Shown: piece by piece, positions 1 to 8,648 of the stretch
Position numbering within the stretch: the first letter of the stretch is position 1
How the letters are laid out: every line of letters begins with the position of its first letter
Assembly (NCBI GenBank): GCA_033855775.1
Contig: JAWVFT010000047.1
Span: 4,263-68,262 of the forward strand
Direction: 5' to 3'
Length of the DNA: 64,000 nt
From: Blastocatellia bacterium
Lineage (GTDB): Bacteria; Acidobacteriota; Blastocatellia; Pyrinomonadales; Pyrinomonadaceae
Translations under genes and position numbers: made by a program
Notes under the pieces: generated by a model
The model's input: only the letters and a program-made list of their open reading frames with translations
Told to the model about the DNA's origin: nothing
The model's database searches: none

Positions 1-1
1 C

Positions 2-859
2 ACTTTCTCGCGCAACGATTTCGACGCGCGCTTCGATTTCGCCGTCGGACAGCGCAACCGCATCGGCCTCGACCTCGGCTCCAACATCGTGCGCTGGAGC
101 AAGTCGCACATCGACTCGGCCCCGCTCTTCATAGACTACGAAGACATCAACGCCGCGCTCTCCTTCGAACGCGACATCTCCGAAGAGACGACGGCCACGC
201 TCTCCTTCAGCTTCACAGACACGAATACGAGCGCGCCGCTGCGCCCGCAGTTTAACGGCCTGAGCGACCATCGCCGCTACGCCCTTGAAATCGGCGGGCG
301 CACGAAGGTGACCGAGACGAGCGGCCTGGCCCTGCGCGCGGGCTACGAGCGCAGCGATTATCGCAACGCGCCGGACCAGAACGACTTCAACAGCCTCGTC
401 TTCGACCTGCTCTATCGCAGCGATTTGACGGAAAAAACAAATTTACAGTTCGCGGCTCTGCGAAAAACGCAGGTTTCGACGTTTAATCTAGAAGGAGGCA
501 ACGCGCGGCTCGTCACGACGGGCGGGTCGGCACGCCTTGAGACGGCGGCAAGGGAGACTGTCAGATTGGCTTTGAGCCTTTATTATCAACGCTTAGGCTT
601 CCCCGTGGCGATTGTTCCGACCTCGACCGCGAGCGGCGGCCTCTTCGTCGGCGACTTCGCGGGCGAGCGGCGGACAGACCATCTCTACGGATTTAATCTG
701 GAAGCCTCCTATCGTTGGAGCGACCTCTTGCTGTCTCGTTTAGTGTATAGTTTCTCAAGGCGGGATTCGACGATTCCCGTCCTGACTTTTAATACCAATC
801 GTCTTTCGCTGGTTTTTGAACTCGGTCGCCGCAACGAAGCGCGCGGTCGCCCGTTCTAA
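2..859 (+). CDS. outer-membrane beta-barrel protein (5' end lies upstream of window)
   Basis: Frame is open from the window edge (TFSRNDFDARFDFAVGQ...) to TAA 857-859. Alternating hydrophobic/aromatic beta-strand pattern (LRAGYERSDY, LSLYYQRLGF, NLEASYRWS, LVYSFSRR). C-terminal ...RGRPF aromatic terminus typical of OMP barrels. Lies directly upstream of a Wza-like exporter. The GTG at 89 in the ORF track is probably internal. Confidence 0.6.
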   Translation, partial: TFSRNDFDARFDFAVGQRNRIGLDLGSNIVRWSKSHIDSAPLFIDYEDINAALSFERDISEETTATLSFSFTDTNTSAPLRPQFNGLSDHRRYALEIGGRTKVTETSGLALRAGYERSDYRNAPDQNDFNSLVFDLLYRSDLTEKTNLQFAALRKTQVSTFNLEGGNARLVTTGGSARLETAARETVRLALSLYYQRLGFPVAIVPTSTASGGLFVGDFAGERRTDHLYGFNLEASYRWSDLLLSRLVYSFSRRDSTIPVLTFNTNRLSLVFELGRRNEARGRPF

Positions 860-960
860 CGAACAGCGAAAACCGACTTTGCGCGGTCAGCGACACACGC
901 CATTGCCCGGCGCGTACTGCTCGCCGCCCTACAAACTTGAGTTTGGATTTAGAGTGCATC

Positions 961-2040
961 ATGAAGAAAGTTGTTTCTGCATTAAGCTTTGCGCTGCTCA
1001 TCGGCGCGCAGGTCTTGGCCGCGCAGGCGCAGACCAATGATGTCCGCGCCGTCACGGCTTCGACGGAAAAAGTGGCTCAGCCCACGCCCGCCAACGCCAC
1101 TAATCCACAGACCAACCCGGCAGGGAATCTCAACGGCACGCCCGTCACCGCAGCGGCGACGCCGCTCCTTGACGCCGGAGCCAACTCCGCGACGAGCGAT
1201 GCGCCGGGGAAGACTTTGACCACTGTGCCGGGCGCGTCCGGGCCGGGCGTTACAGCCGCTCAGAATACGAGCGCCGCCGCGCCAGTTGTTAAAGCCCCCG
1301 CGCCCGAAACAGTCTATCGCGTCGGGGCGGGCGATGTGCTCGACATTCGCTTGCTCAACTCTCAAACGCGCGAGTCAACGCTCTTCACCATCATGTCCGG
1401 CGGCCTGCTGGAATATCCCCTGGCCGGAGAGCCGCTACAGGTCGGCGGCCTCACGGTCGAAGAGATTAACGCGCGGCTGACGACGAAGATTAAGATTTAC
1501 GACAAGCCGCAACTGCTCGTCAGCGTCCGCGACTACGTGAGCCATAGCGTGATTATCGCGGGTCTTGTGAATGAGCCGGGCCGGAGAATCTTGCGGCGCG
1601 AGGCCGTCCCTTTGTACGTCGTGCTGGCCGAAGCGCAGCCGCGACCGGAAGCGGGCCGCGCTCTTGTGCTTCGTTCCGGCGACCAGAACATGACCGTTGA
1701 CTTAACGGACGCGAAGGCCACGGCGATGCTCGTTTTCCCCGGCGACGTGATTACCTTGTCGGCTCCGCCGCCCGCTCCCCCGCAATTCTTCTACGTCGGT
1801 GGGCCGGTCGTTGTCCCCGGCCAAAAAGATTTTCATCCGGGCATAACGTTGACGCAGGCCGTGCTCGCGGCGGGCGGCGTGACGCGCTTTGCCGGAAGCA
1901 AAGTGAAAATCTCGCGCCTCGGCGCGGATGGTCGTCTGGTTTCGACCGAGCACAATCTCAAACAGATTGAGAGCGGCAAAGTTCCTGACCCAGTGCTGCA
2001 ACCGGGCGACCGCCTCGAAGTCAGTCGCGGAGGCTGGTAA
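961..2040 (+). CDS. polysaccharide export protein (Wza/Poly_export + SLBB type)
   Basis: Signal peptide MKKVVSALSFALLIGAQVLAAQA starts at ATG 961. Poly_export-like motif VYRVGAGDVLDIRLL. SLBB-like segments (VSVRDYVSHSVIIAGLVNEPG, FFYVGGPVVVPGQ). An Ala/Thr/Pro-rich linker follows the signal peptide. Confidence 0.8.
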   Translation: MKKVVSALSFALLIGAQVLAAQAQTNDVRAVTASTEKVAQPTPANATNPQTNPAGNLNGTPVTAAATPLLDAGANSATSDAPGKTLTTVPGASGPGVTAAQNTSAAAPVVKAPAPETVYRVGAGDVLDIRLLNSQTRESTLFTIMSGGLLEYPLAGEPLQVGGLTVEEINARLTTKIKIYDKPQLLVSVRDYVSHSVIIAGLVNEPGRRILRREAVPLYVVLAEAQPRPEAGRALVLRSGDQNMTVDLTDAKATAMLVFPGDVITLSAPPPAPPQFFYVGGPVVVPGQKDFHPGITLTQAVLAAGGVTRFAGSKVKISRLGADGRLVSTEHNLKQIESGKVPDPVLQPGDRLEVSRGGW

Positions 2041-2052
2041 AGGAAAGGCGCC

Positions 2053-2125
2053 AGCGAAAAGGCAAAAGGCGACGATAAGAAGTTACCAAAGGCTCGCTCC
2101 TTACGTTTTGCTTTTGCCTTTCGCT
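2053..2125. repeat. imperfect palindrome built from GCAAAAG/GCGAAAG-like words
   Basis: AGCGAAAAGGCAAAAGGCGACG (2053-2074) is complementary, with one bulge and a few mismatches, to CGTTTTGCTTTTGCCTTTCGCT (2104-2125). It sits just after the stop of the Wza-like gene. Confidence 0.6.
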
Positions 2126-2289
2126 TTCTGCTTCATTTGCCTTGTCCGCGCGTAGCTGAAAAGGTATCATGCAGCGCATTGGACTGCGGACGCTTGTGAG
2201 AGCCCTGCGGCCATGCCTTGCCAGCACCGATAGCTTAGAACATCTTGCTGCAAAACTTTATCGCCCCATCCTGCCGGAGGTTTACTATC

Positions 2290-4911
2290 TTGCTCAATCG
2301 AAACAAACTCGGCGCTTCCGCGCTCGCCTTGGCGCTGCTTTTTGCTCCCTTCACGCCCATCATCACAATGAGCGTCGCCGCTCGCTCAATTCAGGAAGAC
2401 GTGCCGAGCGACGCCGAGCAGGCTCTCTTCACGAAAGGGCAGAACTTATATAATCAGGGCCACTACGATCAGGCCGCCGCCGCGCTTTCCGAGTTTCTCA
2501 AGTCGTATCCGAACAGCATCATCACAGACCTGACGCTGCTCTGGCTTGGACGTTCCTACATGCAACTCGGCAAGATTGCCGAAGCCGAACAGGTCGGCGA
2601 GCGCTTGCGTTCCATCAAGGACACTCCCTTTTCAGAAATCTACGAAGGCGAGTTGGCGACGGCGCGGCGTGAGAATGCCGGGCGAGCCGTTTCCACAAAC
2701 ACGACCGCGCGCAATACTGCCAATACCAACGCTCAGCCCGTAGCCAGAAGAATCGAATCGAAGCCGCCCACCAATCGAAACGCGACCACGACGACTCAGC
2801 CCGTCGCCACCGCCACGCCAACGCCTGAGCCGTCGCGCACTGGCTTGAACATCAATAACAAGACTCCACAAAATACGGGAGTCGCGGCGCGCTCGAAACC
2901 AACCCCGACGCCGACGCCCACCGCAACCACAGTCGCTAAAAACACTGCCGTGCCGCGCTTGATTGCCGCGACCCCTGCGTCGAGCGAAGCCACGCCGCCT
3001 GTCAACGCTAATAGCACAAGCCGCGGGCGCTTCGTCGGTGGACGCCGTGGCAGCCGCAGAACGACTGCGCCGTCTACCGCCGCGGCAAACGTTAACGCCA
3101 ACGCCAACGCCAATCAATCGCAGCCCGTGACGAAGCCTTCGGCTCCGTCCGTGATCGCCAGTAACAGGCCGGTCAACGTTAACAACTCCGGCGGGCCGCA
3201 ACGCCCTTCGATGCCGTCCACCACGCGGACGACGACGGCTTCTCCCGTCTCAAGCAATCGCGTGAACAACAGCGGCAACAGCAATAGCTCCGCCGAACTG
3301 ACGGCTGGCCCCGTCAACTATAATTCGTCGCAGAGCAGCGCGAGCATCGTCACGCCGACTGCTCGCCCGACCACGCAGCCGTCATTCGTCCCGGCTCCGG
3401 CGACAACCTCGGCGCAGAGCACGGACAGCCTTGTCTTGACCGTCAAGCAAGTTCCGAATCTCTTGCTCGCGCTGCGTCGTCCGGCGGAAACGGCGTCGCC
3501 CGGCCAGCCCGTGCAACTGCCGCTCACCGTGCAGAACACAGGCAACAAGGAAGACCAGTTTCGCCTTGAGACGGATTTGCCCGCAGAGTTTCAGCCGAGC
3601 TTCAGTCTCGCGCAGGGCGGCGGCGACACGGGCCTGCCGATTCTCGTCACGCCGCAACTGGCGCGCGGAGCCAGCGTCGATGTCATCCTTAATCTACGCA
3701 TTCCTGAGACGGCGACCGACGGCCAGCAGCGCGGCTTCTTCGTGCGCGCAGCGTCGCAGGCCGACTACCAGATTTTGAAAGTCGCGGACGGCACGATTAA
3801 CATCGTCGCCGCAGCGCTCGGCGCAAACTCCGCCGCTTCGCAAACATCCGTCATGCCCGGCGACACCTTTACGCAGACCATCACCGTGCGCAATCAAGGC
3901 AGCGCGCCCGCGCGCGGCACACGCGCCGATTTCGTCTTCAACCCAAACTTCGAATTGGTCAGCGCCAGTCCTAGCCCGATTAACTACGACCGCTCATCGC
4001 GGACAGCCATCTGGAGTCTCGGCGATGTCGGGGCGCGCGACACGCGCGACATCAACGTCGTCTTGCGCGCCGTTCCGAACGCGCTGGCCGCCACCTCTTC
4101 GCTCGGACGCGGCGCAGTCCGCACACAATCTTTGCCGCTCGGCTCAAACTTCGATAGCCCGTCCATCACCGTCGGCAAAGTCCCGCGCGCTCGCATCGAC
4201 GCCGTTTCCATCGGCCTGACGACGACGCCGGGCGACACCATGTACGTTCCGTTCATCGTCAGGAATCCGGGCAACAGCCGCGACGCTTACGATCTTTTGA
4301 TAACGGCGCCGAACGCGCCCGCCGCCACCATCTACGCAGACAACAACGGCGACGGCCAGCATCAGGACTCGGAATCTGTCGTCACGCAAACAGCCGCGCT
4401 CGACCCGCAGGGCGGACAGTTTCCGATGCTCCTGCGAGTGCAGATTCCGGCCAGCACGCCCGACGGCCAGCAGTATTCCTACAGCGTCGTCGCGCGTTCG
4501 CAGTTGAGCAATCGCGCGGCATCTGAAGCCAACACGGTGCTGCGTGTGGCGACGCCGCGCGTCCACGTTCGCACGGAGTTTGCTTCGGACGCGCCCGCGC
4601 CCGGCGAGACAGTCTTCTATCGTCTGGTGCTCGTCAACGAAGGCAGCGGTCTGGCGAAGAACCTGGTCGTCTCGGAACTCTTGCCGGACGCTTTAGAGTT
4701 CGTCAGTTCCGACCCTTCGTTGAATCCGCAGGACGCGCCCGGCTCCGCGCAACGCTTCACCTGGCGCGTGCCGGAACTCGCTCCCGGCGATACGACCATC
4801 CTGCGCATCGCCGTGCGCCTGCGCCAGAACTTGCAGGCCGACACCAACCTGCGCACCAGCCATTCACTCAACTATCAGGACACGAACGGCAACGGCTACA
4901 CGGGCCAGTAG
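2290..4911 (+). CDS. large secreted/surface protein: TPR-like N-terminus, long low-complexity linker, DUF11-type repeat domains
   Basis: TTG 2290 follows GGAGG (2276-2280) by 9 nt. Signal-like MLNRNKLGASALALALLFAP. TPR-like segment (YNQGHYDQAAAALSEFLKSYPNS...LGRSYMQLGKIAEAEQ). About 250 aa of T/P/N/S/A-rich sequence. C-terminal repeated units resemble the DUF11 conserved repeat domain (e.g. PGETVFYRLVLVNEGSGLAKNLVVSELLPDALEFVSSDPS). Confidence 0.75.
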   Translation: MLNRNKLGASALALALLFAPFTPIITMSVAARSIQEDVPSDAEQALFTKGQNLYNQGHYDQAAAALSEFLKSYPNSIITDLTLLWLGRSYMQLGKIAEAEQVGERLRSIKDTPFSEIYEGELATARRENAGRAVSTNTTARNTANTNAQPVARRIESKPPTNRNATTTTQPVATATPTPEPSRTGLNINNKTPQNTGVAARSKPTPTPTPTATTVAKNTAVPRLIAATPASSEATPPVNANSTSRGRFVGGRRGSRRTTAPSTAAANVNANANANQSQPVTKPSAPSVIASNRPVNVNNSGGPQRPSMPSTTRTTTASPVSSNRVNNSGNSNSSAELTAGPVNYNSSQSSASIVTPTARPTTQPSFVPAPATTSAQSTDSLVLTVKQVPNLLLALRRPAETASPGQPVQLPLTVQNTGNKEDQFRLETDLPAEFQPSFSLAQGGGDTGLPILVTPQLARGASVDVILNLRIPETATDGQQRGFFVRAASQADYQILKVADGTINIVAAALGANSAASQTSVMPGDTFTQTITVRNQGSAPARGTRADFVFNPNFELVSASPSPINYDRSSRTAIWSLGDVGARDTRDINVVLRAVPNALAATSSLGRGAVRTQSLPLGSNFDSPSITVGKVPRARIDAVSIGLTTTPGDTMYVPFIVRNPGNSRDAYDLLITAPNAPAATIYADNNGDGQHQDSESVVTQTAALDPQGGQFPMLLRVQIPASTPDGQQYSYSVVARSQLSNRAASEANTVLRVATPRVHVRTEFASDAPAPGETVFYRLVLVNEGSGLAKNLVVSELLPDALEFVSSDPSLNPQDAPGSAQRFTWRVPELAPGDTTILRIAVRLRQNLQADTNLRTSHSLNYQDTNGNGYTGQ

Positions 4912-4944
4912 CAGAGCTTCGTCTCCGGCGGTGTAATCGAACTG

Positions 4945-5502
4945 ATGGGGCGGCGCACATTGGCCGCCCCTTTCTCTTGTGAGAAATCTAAGTTGAGCCA
5001 GCAGCGACCCGTTGAGCCGTTTGACGCGGCACGGCTGACAAATTTTCTAATCGCAAAATCAATCGCCGAAGCTTTGCTCGTCGGCGCGCTCGCCGTCGCT
5101 TTTTACCTGATGGCCTTCAATCCCTTCTTTCGCGGCGCGCTCGACGAAGCGACGCCGCAGCATGTTTACGGATGGGCTGTGGATGAAGCTGCGCCCGCCG
5201 CGCGCGTCGAAGTGCAGCTTTACATTGACGGGCGTTTCAGTGGAGCGACGACGGCTGACCTCGCGCGCCCAGACGTGCTGGCCGCCGGTCGTGCCGCAGA
5301 TGAACTGCACGGATTCAGCTTCAACACTCCGGCCCTCAATCCCGGCGAGCACGAGGCGCGCGTCTATGCCGTCTACGCAGGGCGAAACGCAACCCGGCGG
5401 ACGCTTCAGCAAATCGGCTACAGCATCAAGTTTGTCGTCGCAGCGAACGAAGCGAAGAGCGCGCCCGCTTCAATGTCAACTGTGGGAGCAGTAAAGCCTT
5501 GA
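4945..5502 (+). CDS. hypothetical single-pass membrane protein
   Basis: One predicted TM helix (IAEALLVGALAVAFYLMAF) followed by a ~110-aa soluble domain (VYGWAVDEAAPAARVEVQLYIDGRF...LHGFSF). Its stop overlaps the next start (TTGA at 5499-5502). ATG 4945 lies inside the terminator hairpin, so TTG 4993 is an alternative start. Confidence 0.5.
   Translation: MGRRTLAAPFSCEKSKLSQQRPVEPFDAARLTNFLIAKSIAEALLVGALAVAFYLMAFNPFFRGALDEATPQHVYGWAVDEAAPAARVEVQLYIDGRFSGATTADLARPDVLAAGRAADELHGFSFNTPALNPGEHEARVYAVYAGRNATRRTLQQIGYSIKFVVAANEAKSAPASMSTVGAVKP
4947..4980 (+). terminator. Rho-independent terminator
   Basis: GGGGCGGC (4947-4954) and GCCGCCCC (4963-4970) form a perfect 8-bp GC stem with an 8-nt loop, followed by TTTCTCTTGT. 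It lies 36 nt after the stop of the 2290-4911 CDS. Confidence 0.7.
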
Positions 5503-6221
5503 GTTCAACGCAGCAGCAGCAGAACGGCGCGGCTCAACAGAGCGGAGCGGCTCGCGCGTCCATCATCGAAGGGCGGCGGCTCGCGCTGTGGGAGATTGCT
5601 TCCATCGTTTCGTCCGCGTTGATAGCAGAGTGGACGATTCTGCCTTTCGCCGGTCAGGAAAAATGGATTGGCGCGATTCCAGTGCTGCTCGCCTTCACGT
5701 TGATGTTCTACTCGCAACGCTTGCGCAAGGAGAACGCGCGAGAGTTAGGCTGGCGGTTCGATAATTTTCTTAAGGCCGCGCGGCTGCTCGCGTTGCCGAT
5801 GATTTTGACGAGCGTGCTGCTCGTCATTGTCGGCTGGTTGACGAACGGATTGAATAACAATCTGCTGGCGCGGGCGGGCGGGCGTTCTTTGATGTGGCTT
5901 CCAGCTTGGGGAATCTTGTGGGGACTCTTGCAGCAGCACGTGTTGCAAGCCTTCGTCAATCGCCGCGCACAGGTTGCTATGGGGCGCGGCTGGCCGAGCG
6001 TGTTGCTGGTGGCCGCAGTCTTCGCTGTGCTTCACTTTCCGAACCCCTGGCTCTCGCTCGCAACCTTCGCAGGGGGCGTCATCTGGGCCTGGGTCTACCA
6101 GCGCGCTCCGAACATTCCGGCTCTGGCCTTGTCGCACAGCCTGATGACGCTCGTGCTCATCTGGACGCTGCCCGCCACGGCCCTGAGCGGCTTGCGCGTC
6201 GGCTTCAACTATTTTGCTTGA
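5499..6221 (+). CDS. CPBP (CAAX-protease-like) family membrane protein, motif 1 apparently degenerate
   Basis: Multi-pass membrane protein. FxxxHxxN motif present (FAVLHFPN) and a later SHSLMT segment. Where CPBP proteins usually carry EExxxR the sequence reads LLQQHVLQAFVNRR. Confidence 0.5.
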   Translation: MSSTQQQQNGAAQQSGAARASIIEGRRLALWEIASIVSSALIAEWTILPFAGQEKWIGAIPVLLAFTLMFYSQRLRKENARELGWRFDNFLKAARLLALPMILTSVLLVIVGWLTNGLNNNLLARAGGRSLMWLPAWGILWGLLQQHVLQAFVNRRAQVAMGRGWPSVLLVAAVFAVLHFPNPWLSLATFAGGVIWAWVYQRAPNIPALALSHSLMTLVLIWTLPATALSGLRVGFNYFA

Positions 6222-6251
6222 GTTTGCGGGCGGGTGGAATGCGTGAACACG

Positions 6252-6290
6252 AAAACGCCGGACTCCCCCAAGCCCGGCGTTTTCGTTTGC
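6252..6290 (+). terminator. Rho-independent (potentially bidirectional) terminator
   Basis: AAAACGCCGG (6252-6261) and CCGGCGTTTT (6274-6283) form a perfect 10-bp stem, followed by CGTTTG. It lies 30 nt after the CPBP-like stop. Confidence 0.7.
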
Positions 6291-6472
6291 CCCTACTTCT
6301 CTGAAAGGAATGTTGCCTGCCTGACAAAGGATTCTACAGACTATCGGCGCGGCTTGGTTGCAGTCTCATTGCATTGTCGTAGCAAAAAAACTTTCCTGCG
6401 CTCCTCCATAAATTGAGCGCGCTGGTTTCAACATGAAGAAAGTTTGTGCTGTACGTGTTGAACGTCTGTTGC

Positions 6473-6478
6473 TATAAT
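6473..6478 (+). promoter_or_regulatory. candidate -10 box (TATAAT) for rnpB
   Basis: A perfect TATAAT lies 12 nt upstream of the proposed rnpB P1 helix. I found no convincing -35 at 17-bp spacing. Confidence 0.3.
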
Positions 6479-6490
6479 CAGCCTGCCTTG

Positions 6491-7010
6491 CATGAGAGCA
6501 GGTCGGGCGGTCGCCGCTTCGCAAAACTCGTTTTGCGAGGGGGAGGAAAGTCCGAACACTATAGGGCAACGAGCCAGCTAACGGCTGGGCGTCCGGCTCG
6601 GAGTTGTCGAAAAGTCTGCGAGAAATCGCTCTTCTTGACGGCAGCGAAGAGTCTGGCGACGACAAGTGCAACAGAGAACAGACCAGCCAGCGGGCCGCCT
6701 TGTTGCTCTTCGGAGCAGCGGCGGTTGCAGGTGATGGGTGAAACGGTGCGGCCCCTCAAGGGCTTAATGTAAGAGCGCACCAGCGCGGCGTGGCGACACG
6801 CGCGGCTAGGCAAACTCCTCGTAGTGCAAGACCAAATAGGGAGGCGTCAAACAGGGCTGCCCGCCCGAAGCGAGTTTTCGCAAGAAAATTTGCTACGACC
6901 TCCGGGTAGGTCGCTTGAGCCAACTGGCAACGGTTGGCCTAGATGAATGATCGCTGCTTTGGCTGCAAAGTCAAAGGACAGAATTCGGCTTACAGACCTG
7001 CTCTCATCAT
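6491..7010 (+). ncRNA. rnpB: RNase P RNA, bacterial type A
   Basis: Universal elements appear in the correct order: GGAGGAAAGUCCG (6541-6553, P4 5' strand), GUGCAACAGAGAACAGACC, GGUGAAACGGUG, GUAAGAGCGCACCAG, GGCAAACUCC...GUGCAAGACCAAAUAGGGAG, GGGUAGGUCGCUUGAG, CUAGAUGAAUGAUCGC, ACAGAAUUCGGCUUACAG (P4 3' strand). The terminal P1 pairing is CATGAGAGCAGGTC (6491-) with GACCTGCTCTCAT (-7007). The ends are good to about 5 nt. Confidence 0.92.
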
Positions 7011-7095
7011 GCACGGCGTCTTTATTCAAGAGACGAGCCGCGACTTCTGACCGTCCGGCTGCGGAAATTAATTCAACCAAAGAGGCAACAGAGAG

Positions 7096-7371
7096 ATGGC
7101 GAACCGGAAAGGGGTTTTTATCGGGGCTTACGTGCCGAATCAACTCAAGGAAGCCCTGCAAATACGCGCGAAAGCCGAGCACCGCACGCTCTCGCAGGAA
7201 ATAACGAGAATTTTGGAAGAGGCAATCAAGGGGCGCAGGCTGCCGCCGGGATTTATTGACCGCCGCGCGCCCGAATCCGGGCCGCGCCGTCGCACGACTG
7301 ACCCGGCTCCGCGCCGCCGCGATGGCGACGCGCAATACAGCGCTTCGGAGCAGACGAACGGCGAAGAGTAG
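7096..7371 (+). CDS. ribbon-helix-helix (CopG/Arc-like) DNA-binding protein with Arg/Pro-rich tail
   Basis: The N-terminal 45 aa fit an RHH pattern: beta strand KGVFIGAYVP, then helices NQLKEALQIRAKAEHRTLSQEITRILEEAI. The purine-rich stretch AAAGAGGCAACAGAGAG precedes the ATG. The C-terminal half is low complexity. Confidence 0.5.
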   Translation: MANRKGVFIGAYVPNQLKEALQIRAKAEHRTLSQEITRILEEAIKGRRLPPGFIDRRAPESGPRRRTTDPAPRRRDGDAQYSASEQTNGEE

Positions 7372-7489
7372 GGCCGGGCTGCCGTTAGTCTAACCAGGCG
7401 GACCGCGCAGGATGAGCGAGCTTGACGTGTCAAACGTCGCTTTCGCTCTGCGGCCCATCAGCGCTCCCGAAGTTGAAGCCACAATCGAA

Positions 7490-7528
7490 GCGCCGCTCCA
7501 AACCGTGGAGCGGCGCTCGTCGTTTTTT
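7490..7528 (+). terminator. Rho-independent terminator
   Basis: GCGCCGCTCC (7490-7499) and GGAGCGGCGC (7507-7516) form a perfect 10-bp stem with a 7-nt loop, followed by TCGTCGTTTTTT. Confidence 0.85.
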
Positions 7529-7572
7529 ACCCTCCGTTTTGTTACACTACAGGCTTTGCACAGGAGCAAGCT

Positions 7573-7890
7573 TTGAAGTTCTTCGTTATTCTCATCCTGC
7601 TCTCTCTCTTTATCACGCTGCTCTATTTTCGTTTGCGGCCTTACATCAAGATGGCGCGGCGAATGTTCGGCATCGCGCGCGACGTGCGCCAGATGAGCCG
7701 GAACGAACCGGTGCAGCCCTTGCGGTCTGAGACGGCGACCGACAATAAGCTTCTTCGCTGCGCCGCCTGCGGCATCTGGACTCCGGCCTCGCGCGCCATC
7801 AAGTTGCGTTCTTCACCTGCGACATATTGCTCGCACGCCTGCATGGAAGCTTCCGCCGCCGGAAGCAGCAAACGCAAGACGGTAGGCTAA
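7573..7890 (+). CDS. small membrane-anchored protein with C-terminal Cys-rich zinc-ribbon-like motif (PP0621-like)
   Basis: TTG start lies 7 nt after AGGAG (7561-7565). N-terminal TM helix FFVILILLSLFITLLYF. C-terminal LRCAACGIWTPASRA...YCSHAC motif. Confidence 0.55.
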   Translation: MKFFVILILLSLFITLLYFRLRPYIKMARRMFGIARDVRQMSRNEPVQPLRSETATDNKLLRCAACGIWTPASRAIKLRSSPATYCSHACMEASAAGSSKRKTVG

Positions 7891-8124
7891 GACTCGCCGG
7901 GCAATCGTCAACACTCAAGCATGAGAGATAGAGGCTGGCGCGAAGGACTGCCACAAGCGCAGAGCCGTGTCTAGTTTGACCTGTAACTACGCCTTCAAAA
8001 GTTAAGCGGAGGCCTGCCGGAGCCGGACGAAAAATAGCTCTGTGCTGCCTTGAGTAATTATGGTTTAATCAGCCGCCGCGTTAGCCTGCTGTATCAACAT
8101 AACTATTCAGAGAAGGAGAATGGC

Positions 8125-8648
8125 ATGAACGAGTGCAAAGGAAAGTGGGAATCATCCATCACATGGACAAAGAGGCGTCAACTGAACATTCCCCCAACCC
8201 ACCACAAACGGTGAGCGACGGTGTGATAACGATTAACGCACACAGTTCGTCCGGCTTCACCGGCAAACATGAAAAAATCGGGCCGCACAACTTGACCAAA
8301 GGCGACGGTCTATTCGTTTCTGCTCGTTCCGGTCGGGTTGGTCAGGAGCGAAGGGGCAATCAAAACAATTCGCCTTCCCGGTAAAGATAGCGTCGCAGCT
8401 TTTCATCTGCCTTTGATTGAAGAGACGGCATATAAGAGCTACAGCGTGGCGCTCCAAACCGACGACAAAAAATAGTCCGTAACTGGACAGGGCTGAAGTC
8501 CAAGCCCGGAGAGACGGGCAACATTGTCTCCGTCCACATCCCTGCGTCTGTGTTCCGGCAAGCGAGGTATAGCTCAGTCCTCAGCGGCGTTGCCCCTGAG
8601 GGAGCGAGCCGGGAGATTAGCTCCTATCTCTTCCAGGTGACAAAATGA
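8125..8648 (+). pseudogene. frameshifted remnant of a gene whose C-terminal domain resembles acidobacterial anti-sigma-factor-like proteins
   Basis: ATG 8125 sits 7 nt after GGAG (8114-8117) but meets TGA at 8212. Protein-like translation continues in other frames. Frame 1 (8296-8472) reads ...FLLVPVGLVRSEGAIKTIRLPGKDSVAAFHLPLIEETAYKSYSVALQTDDKK and hits TAG right after an A6 run (8467-8472). Frame 3 (8472-8648) continues IVRNWTGLKSKPGETGNIVSVHIPASVFRQARYSSVLSGVAPEGASREISSYLFQVTK*. At least 2-3 frame changes are needed. Local GC is lower than the flanks. Confidence 0.45.

Noticed and set aside
6847-7335. 162-aa ORF on the minus strand
   Set aside because: It overlaps the 3' third of rnpB and the RHH ORF. 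The RNase P RNA assignment explains the sequence conservation pattern better.
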